Shown here piece by piece: positions 12,043 through 26,107 of a stretch of 64,000 bases of DNA. Position 1 is the first letter of the stretch. Every line of letters begins with the position of its first letter. Position numbers and translations under genes: made by a program. The notes under the pieces are model-generated. The model saw nothing but the letters and a program-made list of their open reading frames with translations, did not search any database and was not told where the DNA came from. The stretch is from positions 24,924,001-24,988,000 of the forward strand of contig JBHGNT010000003.1 of NCBI GenBank assembly GCA_043228905.1, given 5' to 3'. The DNA comes from Azolla caroliniana (Eukaryota > Plantae > Polypodiophyta).

Positions 12043-12975
12043 TGAGAGAGAGAGAGAGAGAGATAGATAGATTATATTGTCATCTTCAGAGGTCAAATAT
12101 GACCTATGAGACCAAAAATATTACATTTCACGTGATACGTGTGAAAGTGAGTAGTGACTCTTGATGTTCAAGAACTTTACCGATGAATGTTGCAATCGAG
12201 AGTGCCCATTGTGGTTATGAGAGGAATTCATGCAAGGATCGGGCTCTGTCAAAAGAGATGTGGAAAGCATGGTCAAATATGATCAAAGGCAGAGCATTGT
12301 ATCAAAGTGTGATACTCAAACTCGCGAACTTGTTTAGGGCAAAGTGTGCATAGCCGACCACTCTCATCACTTGTGCCCCGACGCCCTATCTCACATCGCA
12401 ATGCATGTGAGCTAAGTCGCATGGAAGCAATGGTTCGAATGGCAGATAACGGTATGGGCTCTAACATGTATCGATGTGTACGATTTCCCCGTTCCGCAAA
12501 GAATATGGTTTTGTAGTTAGGTACAACATGTGTAGTATAATGTGTGAAGTGTGAGCCGCCACATTTGTCCCATGTCATGATACATTGGCGTTACAAAAAG
12601 GCCTCATTTATAGTGTAATCTAATGATGCATCACGAAGCAAGTGTCTTGCATCCCATCTACCAAACCATTTTTCTATATCTTGCATCCAACCGAAAACAC
12701 AACATTTTGCTTTCATGCGTCTTTGGATCTTTTTGCTTGTTTCCCGTGCAATTCTAGGAGTTGTTGATGTGAGGGACTTTTTTGAACCTTAAGCATGTAT
12801 TCAACAACCCTTTCCATGGCCATGATCTCAATGGGAAGCGATCTCGTCTCAAGGAGGAGGGTGTAGGGTGTTTGTTTCTTAATTTGTAGAAACTTTGTAA
12901 GAAATTGTTTTTGGACATTTTCAAACTCTTTCCACATAGATTTAGGGATGCTATCGTCCCATACTTCCACCCATA
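12043..12975 (-). mobile_element. 5'-truncated, frameshifted non-LTR retrotransposon (RTE-X/L2-like LINE 3' end) with microsatellite tail
   Basis: Post-RT region 'EVWDDSIPKSMWKEFENVQKQFLTKFLQIKKQTPYTLLLE'; C-terminal CCHC finger 'MRLSSHALRCEIGR...RLCTLCPKQVREFEYHTLIQC'; followed by a terminal hairpin and a (TCTA)n(TC)n tail at 12043-12072. Confidence 0.8.
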
Positions 12976-14599
12976 GATTTAGGGATAACTTTAAAACATT
13001 ACTATGTATGGAGTATTTACTTCACGTACATAGATCATGGGTGTATGGAATATCTTCCCCTCTCTACTAAATATTGTGCACAAACCTAGGCATGACCACT
13101 TTTATTCTAAGTGCTCACACCTAGATATTGAAATTGTTGAAATGGTCTATCCCAATTAAGTAGGGAAGTGTAGTATTGGTCTAATCAGCAACACCAAGTC
13201 CATATTTACTAGAACAACTCTTCACGATTAAAGTGTTTGTAGATATTTTCATGGCCCAACAATACCTTTTGTTAGTCATCTCATGCCTTATTTTATAGCA
13301 TATGGTCTAAAGCGTCATTCTGCGTGTTATTAGCCACATTATGCATTGTTTTTTGGTGTACAATCTAAAGCGTCAATCTCGTTTTTTATACTATCAATTG
13401 CATGTTATACCCGTTTAAATTGACTTTTCACAATCAATATGTTCGTAGGACCCATAAAGCCAACAATGTTCCTTTTTGTAAGGAGAATTTGAAATTACTT
13501 GAAAGAAATTGTGCGACTAAAATGGAGCTCCTTTTTCCTCTTTAAAAGGTTTGGCAATATGTGTTTTTCCGTCATTCTACTAAACAAGAAAGGTTGGTTA
13601 CTTTTTAAATGTTGTGATTAAAGGCATGAAAATGATGAGGTGCATTGTGGATGTGAATAATTGTTGATAATAACTTCCTAACCATTCCTGGGCTATAAGG
13701 GATGTCAAGTGAGTGCGACAATAACTCCATCTAGGAGGCTAGAAACCCATGTTGTCATGAAGACACGAGCGAACGGTGATGCAACATGGAGTCGAGAAAG
13801 TAGAGTAATTTTTTGTTTCTAAATCTCTAAGCATGTCCAAGAACAAAAAGCCAATCATGTCCTCGGAGCAACAACAATTATTGTCCCCATTGCTTATAAA
13901 TTAGGTGCACCATAACAACAATTGCTACTAGTTTAGAGATTAATCGCAAACAAATTTTCTCCAATAACAGTACCCACAATTGGTTCTATATTTTGCATGT
14001 CCTTAGTTGTTCACAAAGGAACTTAATATTGTTTTGTGAAGCACAATTCAAAAAAGTATACTGGAAAATCTCAAGTGACAACAACTATGCATTGCACATT
14101 CATTGATATATTCATCATTTGTGTTAACCACAATGTGATCATTTGCACACGATCATATTCAAAAAAAAACAAAGGACAGTCTTTGAAGTTATTGATTTAA
14201 GAGCAATGTGTTGAAGGTAGAGTACCACATTGTGCTTTGAAATATAATATTGTGTTTCTACGTGGTTGCTTTGAAATAGATATGGTGTATGTAGAGACAA
14301 TTGATACCATGTCAAGTCAATTATTTATATTCCGCCAACGAAAATAAGAAAAGCTTTTAAAGTTGAACAATGATTATATCAAACATAAGGAGTCCTTAAC
14401 CCACGAGAACATACACATACACCAACAATAGGCTCACATTCAAGAAAGAGATAAAAGGTCATTGAAAAGAAAAAGTGTTGTACTTAGACAAGTATCTCGT
14501 TTGAGGCTTCACTTGTTATAGAGATCTAAAGAGAGGCCTACGTAAGATGACAAATTTCATGATGGTACATATACCTAGTGTACGAGCATTGAGTACATA

Positions 14600-15090
14600 T
14601 GAGAGGAAGGGAGGCAATCAAATATGATGATAAATTAGTTATCCAACAATTAGAGTAATAAACTTTTAACTTATACATAGGCAACCGATCAACATGGAGT
14701 TCTCGTGATGTAAACACTGATTGTGCATCTCAAATAATAACCACCTTCAACTCATGCATTCTATTAGTGACGATTTTGTTATTGTTGTAGATGTTTCTCG
14801 ATATAATTGTTTGCATTTGATGATCAAAGGGACTTAGATCATGAGAAGGAAGTTGTGAATATAACCTTCTAGGTATTCATTATTGGACACAATATACCAC
14901 TTTTTTGTATATTCACAAGGAAGATGATTAAGAAAGCTTGTCAACAAATAGTTTTTTAAAAGCTCCGTTGTTAAGATTTAGTACTCACGCGATGATGTTT
15001 TATAATTGAGTTTTTATATTTTGAAGGAATATCAAACAAGATACTCGAGGATAACTTTTGTATGGATTGACATCTAACTTTTCTTTGCAT
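14600..15090 (+). mobile_element. Possible highly degenerate hAT-type transposase remnant
   Basis: Stop-ridden translations 'FIIGHNIPLF' and 'FLKAPLLRFSTHAMM' loosely resemble the recalled hAT segment FIYNH...LLRPGxTRFATxF. No TIRs seen. Confidence 0.2.
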
Positions 15091-16800
15091 TTACTATTTA
15101 CTAGATGTATAGTTGGTCTTTATAAAAAAAACACGTTTGGATTATACACACAAATATCCATATTATAAATATAGGCATTGAAGAATAAACAATATTGGTC
15201 TCTTCTAGTTCGTAACCTTTTTGACAAGTTTCTCCCAAAACATTGGGCTCTTCTTATCAAATGGATTACGCCATAAAATAATCGAGGATTTACAACAAAT
15301 GTAGAACGCATACATACATTAAGATATTCCGTAACATTAACTTACACATGCACGAAAAAAATAATCCAAATATTAAAAGAAAAAGTGAGATTTTAAACCG
15401 GCGTTAACATAAACTTAATATGTGCCAATTTCAAGCTAAACTCGGTCTTGGTTTCGAGCAAGCATACCTAGTATTTAATAACTTTAATAATGTTTGCAAT
15501 GATCTCGTACATTCCAAAGACCTATGGTCTTCTCATTTCCCTCACAATTCAAAGCATAATGTAACCTAGGGTTATTGTGAGGACATGTATGTTGTATCTC
15601 TGAAATTGTAGGCATTCTATTGTGTCATTTATGCATATGCTATCCAACTTCATAACATAAAGTATAAAGTGATTCCCAATACAAATGTACAAATGAAAGC
15701 TCTTTTTTAGAGAGAAAACTAACAACTCTTCATCTATTGAGTTATACTTTTTGAATCTTTACAATTCTAACTTGGATATAAGCTTTAGGATTTCAAAATT
15801 TCAGAGATGGGAATGCTAATGCTAACTTGAAGTTCTAGAAAAACAAAGTGAAGATTTTGCCAATCATTGAGTGTTCCCCCCCCCCCCCCCAAAAGAAGCT
15901 ACTTTCCCATTAGTTAGAAGAGATTATTAGAGAAAGACTATACAAGGTGGCTTATACATAAATTAGGGAATCACACTCTAACCGAGTTCAAGAATATGAG
16001 ACTACATACATATCCTTTCAAACTAACTACTTAATGTAAACCAATTAGTGAGTGTTAATATTGAAATATAAATCATAGACAACGAGGGAGATTAATTTCT
16101 AAGGTTGTTCATTGTAAATTAGTGTGAGAAGCTTGATAAGACAAAAAGTAAGAAAGAAAAAGAAAAGTTTGGATCCAAATCCTAGCAAAAGAGGTAGAGA
16201 TGCCTAAGAAAGTGCTTTGGAGGAAACTCATCTAACCCATGTGTGGAAAAATACAGGTAATGTGCTTGATTTCATTAAATACACAATGTACAAAAAAAAC
16301 TATGCATAATGGATGAGAGGATATGGAAAGACATTTGAATTTTGGAGTACATGTAAAACTTGAAGGAATTGGAGTGCCCGATCCATAAACATGTAGGTTA
16401 CAAAAACCACACAAATTCCAAGGGGACGCGTAATACTTGTGCAAACATGATAATAATACCATGCAAATTGCTCAAGCCTCAAGACAACAAAATACCATGT
16501 GTAGATAAAACTAGGAAGAAGACATCAAACACTTCTACTTGTACACACGTTGTAAGAATGATATTAAATGTAAGTTGCTTATAAAAAAATTATTTGAACA
16601 TATATGAGATAGGAACACATTATTCTCTAACCCAACAATCTCATAACACGTGGTTTATAGATAAACAAACATTGTCAATATCTTACTATGTGTCTATGTA
16701 AAACATTAAATTACAAACAAACAAACTCTTATCAGAATATATAGAGAACGTTGAAGTCTTAGTAGTTGGCATGTGAAGCAATCATCCTACAAATTGACAC

Positions 16801-16935
16801 ATTAGGATGTCATTGATAAGTTATTTCACATAAGGTCATCTATTTGGGTGTGGATTATAATTATGTAACACCCATTAGAATGTCATAGATAATTTATTTC
16901 ACATAAGGTCATCTATTTGGGTATGGATTATAAAT
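16801..16935. repeat. About 72-bp tandem duplication
   Basis: Two copies of ATTAG.ATGTCAT.GATAA.TTATTTCACATAAGGTCATCTATTTGGGT.TGGATTATAA. Confidence 0.8.
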
Positions 16936-19280
16936 ATGCAATTGTTTTTTGACCTTCAAATTATGAAGTCACGCCCATTCGATATTGCTAGCAATTAACA
17001 CATGGTTCACATTGAAGTTAGTTAAGTGTTGGATGAGCTATAGATAATATATTTCCCTTTGAAACAAATGAGTGTATTATGAAAAAGCTATTTGGTGTTT
17101 CGTTGACAATTTAGCTATTGTAGGTCTTGGATATTGAAATGATGGAATGTGACTTGTGAATGTTATGCAATCCAATTATAAATTAGTCAGTGAACCACGT
17201 AACTATAACTTACAAATGTTGAATACCAATAATGTTGTCGTCACAATGTAGAATTGCGATCATTACAAGATTAATTAGATTAGCTTTATGTACGACAATA
17301 AGTAAAATTTGTACTTGGATGACATTAGAGATGTTTTTCGTTTGTATTTGAGCAATTGTTGATTACGATGAAACAATAACAAACATGTACTATAGTAGTG
17401 AAGCATGATGACAACTCGGATCCATTTGCAAAGCTACAAGAATTATAGTCCTTTATGCAAAGGAATGATTCGACAAAAGAATTTGATGATCCAAAGAATG
17501 CATATTAATCTCTACATAGGTAACAATGACGATCATATATAAAGATTTGAATGCATATTAGTAGCAAAAGGCTTAAATTTTGAAATCTCAATCTTTGCCT
17601 AATTGTCAAAAATATGTTAATATTCAATAAGCTTGAGGTAAAGAAACAAAAGGTGGTGATCCAAAGCAATCTCCACCAAATTGCACGAAAGGATGGAGTC
17701 CATGTAATAAATCATGTACCAAGAATCTAATAATTAGAGGCGACAATCAAAATATGAAGATCTTATCCACTTAGTTGGGGGAATGTTGATGAAAAATGAT
17801 TGATCATTGTATGCCAAGATTCAAGCAAAAGGACACGAACAAATGGGCACAATTTTACAATAGACATAGCTCGGTGGACAAATGCGGCAAGACAATGATC
17901 ATATATCATCTATATTCAAATAAACCACATAAAGCTTAGATGCCACTTGCATGCATCAACATTGTAAAAGCTTCGAAACTTTTAGGTATTTTGTTGCAAC
18001 TTTAGGTATGCTTAATAAAATTGTTTACTTGTATGTGGATCCCCTATGATAGACAACTTTAAGTAGGTTAATGCACAAACTTGAAGAACCAAGATTCTAA
18101 GTGTTGAAATTACAAATACGTGCAATGCTATTTTACAATATATAAAGTCACTTGTTCACTTTATTGAACAACACTAATACAATATTTACTTAACAATCAA
18201 TTGCCATATAAGATGTGAATTTAAACAGTAAACGATTGAAAATGTGCTCGAGAAATAACACCCACATATACCTTCTCAATCATTCAACCATGGAAAATAT
18301 CCTAGTATAGATACTATACATGGGAATATGAATGTTAACTAGCATAATCCCTATTATAAATATTTAAACACTGATACAAATTTATTGCTCAAGAGATTCA
18401 ACGTAACCTAATCCCTATTGTAAATATTTAAACATTAATACAAAATTATCTCTCAAGAGATTCAATGATCAACTTGGCTAGGCAACAACCATCAACCATT
18501 ATAATGTTGAAGAAAATGTAAATAATCATTACAAAAACTACATCTAGACAACATATTGGGCACAACACAATTGTCGAGAGGGACATATGTTAAGAACAGG
18601 TGACAACTAGATTCTTGATTCTTTTGGATTATAGAGAAAACAAAATACATCGACCCAATTGTTCAAAAAACAATTGTAAGTTGTTGAGCAGAAAGTTGAA
18701 AGATGAGGTCCATGCATCAAAACTATTTTAGTTAAAGGCTAAGTGTAAAAGGTGATGAAATATCAATGATTGAAACAAAAATGGTAGAGGTGATTAGGAT
18801 CAAAATAGGTGGCAATCTTATGGGTCTAGTTGGGCATACGTAAAGATTATAGTTGTGCGGTAGACAATTGGGGACGATTCATCTCTACGTGGCTAAGGTG
18901 AAGCACAAGCTTTCTACAATGGACTTCCACCTAGTTGGTCAATGGGAATGTCATTCACCTCAACATACCTAGTTGGAGGCTAGGAATTTGAGTGATAACA
19001 CTCCCTTGGGTTGGGAAAAGTCATTGCCGATCAACATAGTTCCCACTTTGGCAAGAGGGAGACATATGTACACAATGACCTCCCATGGTCAAGCTAGCTG
19101 GGCAGAAAAGAGACGAGAGTCAACGACATCAACTTCCACGTGGCAGGCAAGGGTCCATTGTAGGAGTGAATGCAAGAGGTTAGGACTTTGAATTCCCAGG
19201 CCTACCCTTGAGGTTAGGGTGATGGAGATGGCGGTGAAACGTAGAGCAAAAGAAGGCGATGCCCATCATCATCATCATCT

Positions 19281-19600
19281 CGAAGAATATGGAAAGCAAG
19301 AGTAATGTATGTCTACTCAAATACTCAATCTCGATGAATCTGGCCAAATCAAGGGTAATGTACGTATATGCTCAAATGCTCACTTTGGATGAATCTGGGC
19401 AAGGCAAGAGTAAGGTATGTATGCTCAGATACTCAATGTGGATGAATCTGGGCAAGACAAGAGTAATAATATATGCAGGAGATATTGGTTGAATATGGGC
19501 AAGGCAAGAGCAATATATGTGTATGTAACATATGTATTCCTAGAAGATAAACTCTTGGATGAATTTGGCCAAGGTAAAGAGTATAAATGATATGTATATG
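19281..19600. repeat. Degenerate minisatellite (about 50-68 bp period, 6 copies)
   Basis: Core GATGAATCTGG(G/C)CAAGGCAAGAGTA recurs near 19281, 19332, 19387, 19440, 19488 and 19557. Confidence 0.75.
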
Positions 19601-19619
19601 CCTCGACATCCTTAGGAAA

Positions 19620-20641
19620 ATGAAATAATAAATTAAGATTAAAGAAGAAATTGAAAAAAAGAAGATATCAAAGTTACAAAAGAAATTAAAATTAAAATTA
19701 AAAAAGAAATTAAATTAAAATTAAATTAAAATTAAATTAAGATTAAATTAAAATTAAATTAGAAATTGAAGTAAAACAGATATCAAAAATTACAAAAGAG
19801 ATAAAAATTAAAAAAGAAATGATCGAAATTGAAAAATAAAAAAGGAAATGAAAATATCAAAATTGAAAATGAAATTAAAAATTGAAAAAAGAAATTAAAA
19901 TTGAAGCAGAAATTAAAATTTGAAAAAGAAATTAAAATTGAAAAAGAAATTAAAAATTGAAAAAAGAAATTAAAAATTGAAAAGATAAATTAAAATTGAA
20001 GCAGAAATTAAAATTTGAAAAAGAAATTAAAATTGAAAAAGAAATTAAAATTGAAAAAGAAATTAAAATTGAAAAAGAAATTAAAATTGAAAAAGAAATT
20101 AAAAATTGAAAAAAGAAATTAAAAATTGAAAAAAGAAATTTAAATTGAAGCAGAAATTAAAATTGGAAAAATAAATTAAAATTGAAAAAGAAGTTAAAAA
20201 TTAAAAAAAGAAATTAAAAATTGAAGCAGAAATTAAAATTTGAAAAAGAAATTAAAATTGAAAAAGAAATCAAAATAGAAAAAGAAATCAAAATTGAAGA
20301 AGAAATCAAAATTGGAGAAGAAATTAAAATTGGAAAAGAAATTAAAATTGAAAAAGAAATCAAAATTGGAAATTAAAATTGGAGAAGAAATTAAAATTGA
20401 AAAAGAAATCAAAATTGGAAATTAAAATTGGAGAAGAAATTAAAATTGAAAAAGAAATCAAAATTGGAAATTAAAATTGGAGAAGAAATTAAAATTGAAA
20501 AAGAAATCAAAGTTGGAGAAGAAATCAAAATGGAGAAGAAATTAAAATTGAAAAAGAAATGAAAATTGAAAAAGAAATCAAAATTGGAAATTAAAATTGA
20601 AAAAGAAATCAAAATTGGAGAAGAAATTAAAATTAAAGAAG
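19620..20641. repeat. About 1-kb AT-rich satellite of an 18-bp unit GAAAAAGAAATTAAAATT
   Basis: Directly visible tandem array with variants GAAGCAGAAATTAAAATT and GGAGAAGAAATTAAAATT. Confidence 0.95.
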
Positions 20642-21015
20642 AATGTAGAAATATAGGAGTCCTCTTCCTTCTTCCTTCTTCCTTCTTCTTGTCAGCAGAG
20701 CAGCTTTTATACTCCCATGGAATCTTAAATCTCTCTGTTTTTCATCCCCCCCCCCCCCCCTCAAACAAATCCTCTCTCTCTTGTCCAATTAGGATCTGTT
20801 CTTGGCTATGGAGATCGATTCTCTTTCTCTTTCCTCTTCTGTAAACCCTAACTTTCCTCTTCTTCTTCTTCTTCTTCTTCATATAGATTGTTATTTCCGT
20901 CCGTCGTAATTACACAAACAAATGCTCTGCTGCAGGATCTCTTCCTTTTAATTCTCCTCCATGTTTATGCTCTCTTTCTCAGCCAGTTTTGTAGTGAAAA
21001 GAGAAGAAAAGTAAA

Positions 21016-21064
<49 letters not shown>

Positions 21065-21218
21065 GGTTTGGATCAGAGCAATCAATCTATTGGCGTCTTC
21101 ATTTTCTTTAACTCTGTCTCTAATTTATCCCATTTACACAAAATCCATAGCTTTTTTTCTTTTTTCTTTTTTTGGTGGCGGGGGGAGAGTGTGCAGATAG
21201 ATAGATAGATAGATAGAG

Positions 21219-24200
21219 ATGCTGTCACAGGCGTCACATACTTCCGATATTGATTCAGATTCATCATCCTCATCATCTAGTTCGTCATCTTCATCTTCAT
21301 CTTCATCATCCTCATCCTCATCAGCAGCAACGATGGCAATCACTGCAATCACACCTCCGAGGAGGTTGAGGGATGTGCCTGTGGATTGTACAGAAACTGC
21401 GTGCAAGCCCCGGCTGCGTGGATTGCGATGGCGTGTCCTCTTGGGTGTTATACCACCTCCCCCTGCTGCCACCATTGAATCCCTTCGGCGGGCTTCTGCC
21501 AATGGCAGGAGAAGGTAGTCTTAACACAGAATGGAACTCCTGCCCAAGTTTGAAAAATAAGCCCTTTTTCCTTTGCATCCTTTATATTTATATCCATAGA
21601 CAGAAATCACTTCTATGGGTACATAATGTTCATACTCCATGTCATTGTTTACAATTGTCTATACATCATCTGCATACATACACAATGCTCATAAGCCGCT
21701 ATTCATGTCACATAATTCTGTTGTCCACCTGATATGTTGTAGCTCATGTTCACTCATTAAGTTCATCTGCCATGCCCATGTCTAGACCCCAATTCATAGG
21801 ATTTTTTTCTTCATACATTAAGTTCATATGCCATGTCGGTGTCTAGACCCCAATTCATAGGATTTTTTCTTCATACATATGTCCATATAATGTCCACCCA
21901 TCATGTCTATACCCCAATTCAGATAGCCTTTTGCCCCTTCTTGTATACATATGTTCATACACCATGCTCATGCATAATGTCCATATATATCATAAGCATA
22001 CTACAATTCAAAGCTTTCTTTATTTTAGACTTTCCAAAGCATTAACAGTGATTCTGTTTTCATTTTTACTTGTGTCAGATATGCTGAATTTAGAAGAAGA
22101 TTGGTTGTTGATCCCCACACCATGGAAGACATTCAAAATGGGGAAAATCTGACCATTGATAATCCATTATCTCAAGATCCTGGTGAGACTTCTCAACAAA
22201 GTGAAACCCTTGAATTATTCGTCTTATGATAAATTTTTAGAATAAAAAATAATAATTTACTTTTTCAAACAAAAGTTGAAAATAAGCGAAATAACCAAAA
22301 CAACCAAAATTTGAGACTATTTGCAGATAGTACATGGGGTCGTTATTTCAGAAATGCGGAGCTTGAAAGTATCATAAAAAATGATGTTACACGACTCCAC
22401 CCAGAACATGAAAGCTTCTTCCAGAGCTCTCCTTGCCAAGCTATGCTTAGAAGAATTTTGTTGGTCTGGGCTTTGATTCATCCTCAATATGGATATAGGC
22501 AAGGTAATGTGCTGAAATTTATCACAAACATATTTCTTTAGAACTAATTGAAATACTTGTTAGTCTAGGTTTTTGCTAGTACTTTGGATTCATTGAGATT
22601 GTTCCCTGTTTAAGTGGTTGCATAAATCTAGTTTTATGTAGATGGAGAAAAAATTAACATTACGTTGGGTAAATATCAAGAAACCTCATAAGAACTCTTT
22701 CCAGTATAAAGGATTGGTCAAAAGCTCAGAAGGATTGAAATACTGGGCAAATATTTCGACTCTAAAAATTTTCAAAAGTTTGGCTAATATTTTCAATTTC
22801 CATAGCGTTCAATGTTTCACGGCTAATTTAAGTATTAAATCATTAAAATTCTTAGGAAAGTTTCAGAAACCTTGATTCTAACAGCCAAAATTTGTCCAAA
22901 ATAATTCAATAGGAACAGCCACCCTTGGTTTCGTTGGAACTAAACATCAAGTTTCTGTGAGTCCTGATTCTCACATGAAACAAAATATTCACTATGCTTT
23001 TGCATGCACATTGTAACTAAAATATCCTTTTACCTGTTCAGCCAGATTTACTATGACTATTTATTTGATCTCTATCCAGGAATGCATGAGCTACTTGCAC
23101 CTCTTGTCTATGTTCTTCACATGGATATCCTACATCTCTCTCAAGTAAGGCAGAGGTATGAGGATCCTTTTGAAGACAGATTCGATTCCCTAGTTGAGGA
23201 AAATATCTCTTACAATAGACAAGAAGGGAAACAAAGCATTTCGAATAGAGCTGCATTGAATGATATAATGTTCACCAATGATGAAGATTGGGTTCACCGG
23301 GTTCATCCTGAGGACATACCATTGGTCAAGCCTGATGACTTTGGATTCAACTTAAAAACAATGGTATTGGGTAGTGATAGCTATGGTGCCGAAGGTGAGC
23401 TAGGTGCACTCTTATCCGGAAGATTTATGGAACACGATGCGTATTGTATGCTTGATTCATTATTGAGTGGATGCAATGGATCCGAAGTTGTCTTGGCGGA
23501 TTATTTCACTTCTCTCAAGGAAGGAAGTGAGGGGCTATCTCCAGTGCTAGAAGCTTCTGCAGAAATTTATAATATTCTGGGGTCAGTGGATCTCCCTTTA
23601 TATATACATCTTGTCGGGCTTGGTGTAGAGCCACAGTTTTTCTCCTTACGATGGCTCCGTGTGCTTTTCGGGCGTGAATTCGACCTTGAAAAGTTACTTG
23701 TGCTTTGGGATGCTATTTTTTCATCGAATACTATCTGCCAAGAAGAAATGCTACTGTCTAAAAATGTTAAGGATGTTACTGTGAGCTCTCCTAGAGGTTT
23801 GTTCATTTCCAACTTTGCTGTCTCGATGATGCTTTATTTGAGGCCCACACTGCTAGCTGCTCCGAATGCGACGAGTTGCTTACAGAAGCTCCTCAATTTT
23901 CCGAAGAAAGCAGACATGAGGAGCTTAATAGAGAATGCAAAGATGTTGAGGATACTATCACAAGAGCCTCAGAAAACAAATCTCTCATCTCCGGGAATGT
24001 ATCCTCAACATATCAGAGGAAATTCGCAACAATCACTTTCCTCGTCATTTGAATCATATGTTCCTGCGTCGAGTAAGATTTTCAACCATCTTCAATATAC
24101 AGGGTCTCCTGAGAAGAAAGTTAGGCCTTCAACACCAGAGTCGTACTGGGAAGAGAGATGGATGAATACTGTGGTTCTTCCGAAAGTCGAACCGAATAAT

Positions 24201-25075
24201 GAAGATGGTTTTGAATCTGATAAAGTTGTTCTTGAGGATAATAAGATCAACGCCAACGCTTCTAGGATGAAAGAAAATATGCAAGTTAATGGTTCTGTTT
24301 CGATGGGCAGTACTGGCAACAAGAAGCAAACACGGCGCAATTTACTCGGTCAGATCCAAGAGGAGGCATCATCCGAAAGTGGTCTAGGAAGCAGTACACT
24401 CAGTGTTTTAATAGAAGAATCAGACAAAAGAGGTCCTGTTCATCAACAGCCCTTGCATCTGAATGAGAAAAATAATGCAAATTCGGTTGTAACAGATGCT
24501 TACAGTGGAGATGACGACGAAAGACAAGGACAGCTAGGTCATTGCACGTCCAAAGTTGGTGTCGGAACAGGGATGGATACGAAAGAAGACCAAACAGTGT
24601 GCTTTTGCAATAATAAAAATGAATTACCACAATCTTATATGACAAGAGAAGAGATGTCAAATCCAGATGATTACAACACTATAGGCATCAATTCTGCTAA
24701 GGACACCGACCCTAATCATATAGACATGGAGAAGATGCCAGGCAAGTCATTACAAAATCTTGGTCTTGTGATGGCTGAAAACATTGAGGTTAGTGAATTG
24801 TATTGTCGATGTCAAGTGATCAATTTATGTTTTCATATGTAATTGAATTCTCCCGTTTTGATACCCATCATGGTAATGTTCCTTTTCTTCCCTAGGTGCT
24901 CGAGAGATTCTTATGCAGTGTAAGAGACAAAGGGGTGTCTTCGAGCCCTAGTGGAGAAACAGATAAAAATGCATCAACCAATGCCTTCATATTTGACAAG
25001 GGCCATGCTGGTGCTTTATCTGCGCTAGCTGAATTGCGTAGAATAGGCGATATCTTGATTCACATGCGATTATGA
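21219..25075 (+). CDS. TBC1D5: TBC-domain Rab GTPase-activating protein, TBC1D5-like (5 exons)
   Basis: Exons 21219-21514, 22079-22182, 22327-22503, 23080-24788, 24896-25075 (TGA). Motifs: 'LRGLRWRVLLGVIP', 'DNPLSQDPDSTWGRYFRNAELE', R-finger 'IKNDVTRLHPE', Q-finger 'YRQGMHELLAP', 'LRWLRVLFGREF', C-terminal 'ALAELRRIGDIL'. N-terminal poly-Ser. Confidence 0.9.
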
Positions 25076-26107
25076 TGCGTTGATGATACAATCTTCAATG
25101 AGAACGTAAACGTATAGTAAAAACTCAAGTTTTATACCAACACTGCCCCATACATTGAAGAAACATTGATTTTGCCCTACTTGGAGGAAAATCAAAATTC
25201 TCACAATCTCACTTTGTATAACATCCATGCCTCATGTAGAGTTCTTTTTTATTCTTTGGTCCTTGTAAAGAGTGTATTGTACAAAAGGGGCAATTCCCTA
25301 ATTCACTTGCCTACCACCATCGAATATTGAAAATAAAACCACCAATGTATCAATTTGGTCTCAATGCCTTTGAGCAAAACATTTTTGACTATGTCTTGTG
25401 TTTTGTTCATATATATATTTTTGAGATCTTCTTGTCAATTGTATATCTTAAGACAAATTTGAATCACGAGTGTATCTACAATTGGCTTCGTTGTTGGTAA
25501 CATTTGCCATACAATCATCTGATCGAATATTGCATGATTTGAGCATTAAATGGACTATAATGTTATAATATAAGAAGCCAGAATGAATTTGAGAAATGGG
25601 TATGTGATGTCATCGTACCATGTATTTTACCATCTTATTTGATGTCCCACACATCTCATTGCAAAAAAAGTTCATGTTTTGGATGTGTTCTCGGAGATTG
25701 CATTTTTTAGGGTAGATATGCTCTTGCTTGGAGCAATTTCTTTTCTCCAAGCCATGATGGTTTGATTTGGTCAAATTCATTTTCCAAAGGTTTTCTCATG
25801 CAAAGATTTCTGGCATGTTGGTATGCAAAAGTCCGTTGGGTGGTTATGTTTTAGATTTGGTGATTGTTAATTATGATAATCTTGTTCCCCATTTTCAATG
25901 GTTAGGAAGCCATAACTTTACCCTTCCTGTCATACAGGGTGTTGATTGACTACCTTACAAGTTGTGGTCTATGGTACAATTGCATTACAAGAAATGTATT
26001 CTTGTTTGATGGTCTTAACGGAGTATCACAATAGTTATGCGAGTTCAAAAGAAAATTGTTTTGCTAGTTCTCATATTTGAGCAAATATACTACATGCAGC
26101 TTTAGAC

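Noticed and set aside
16950-18800. Possible Helitron/MULE coding remnants (also about 37500-41100 and 49700-51250)
   Set aside because: Composition suggests decayed TEs, but no diagnostic motif or terminus could be identified with confidence
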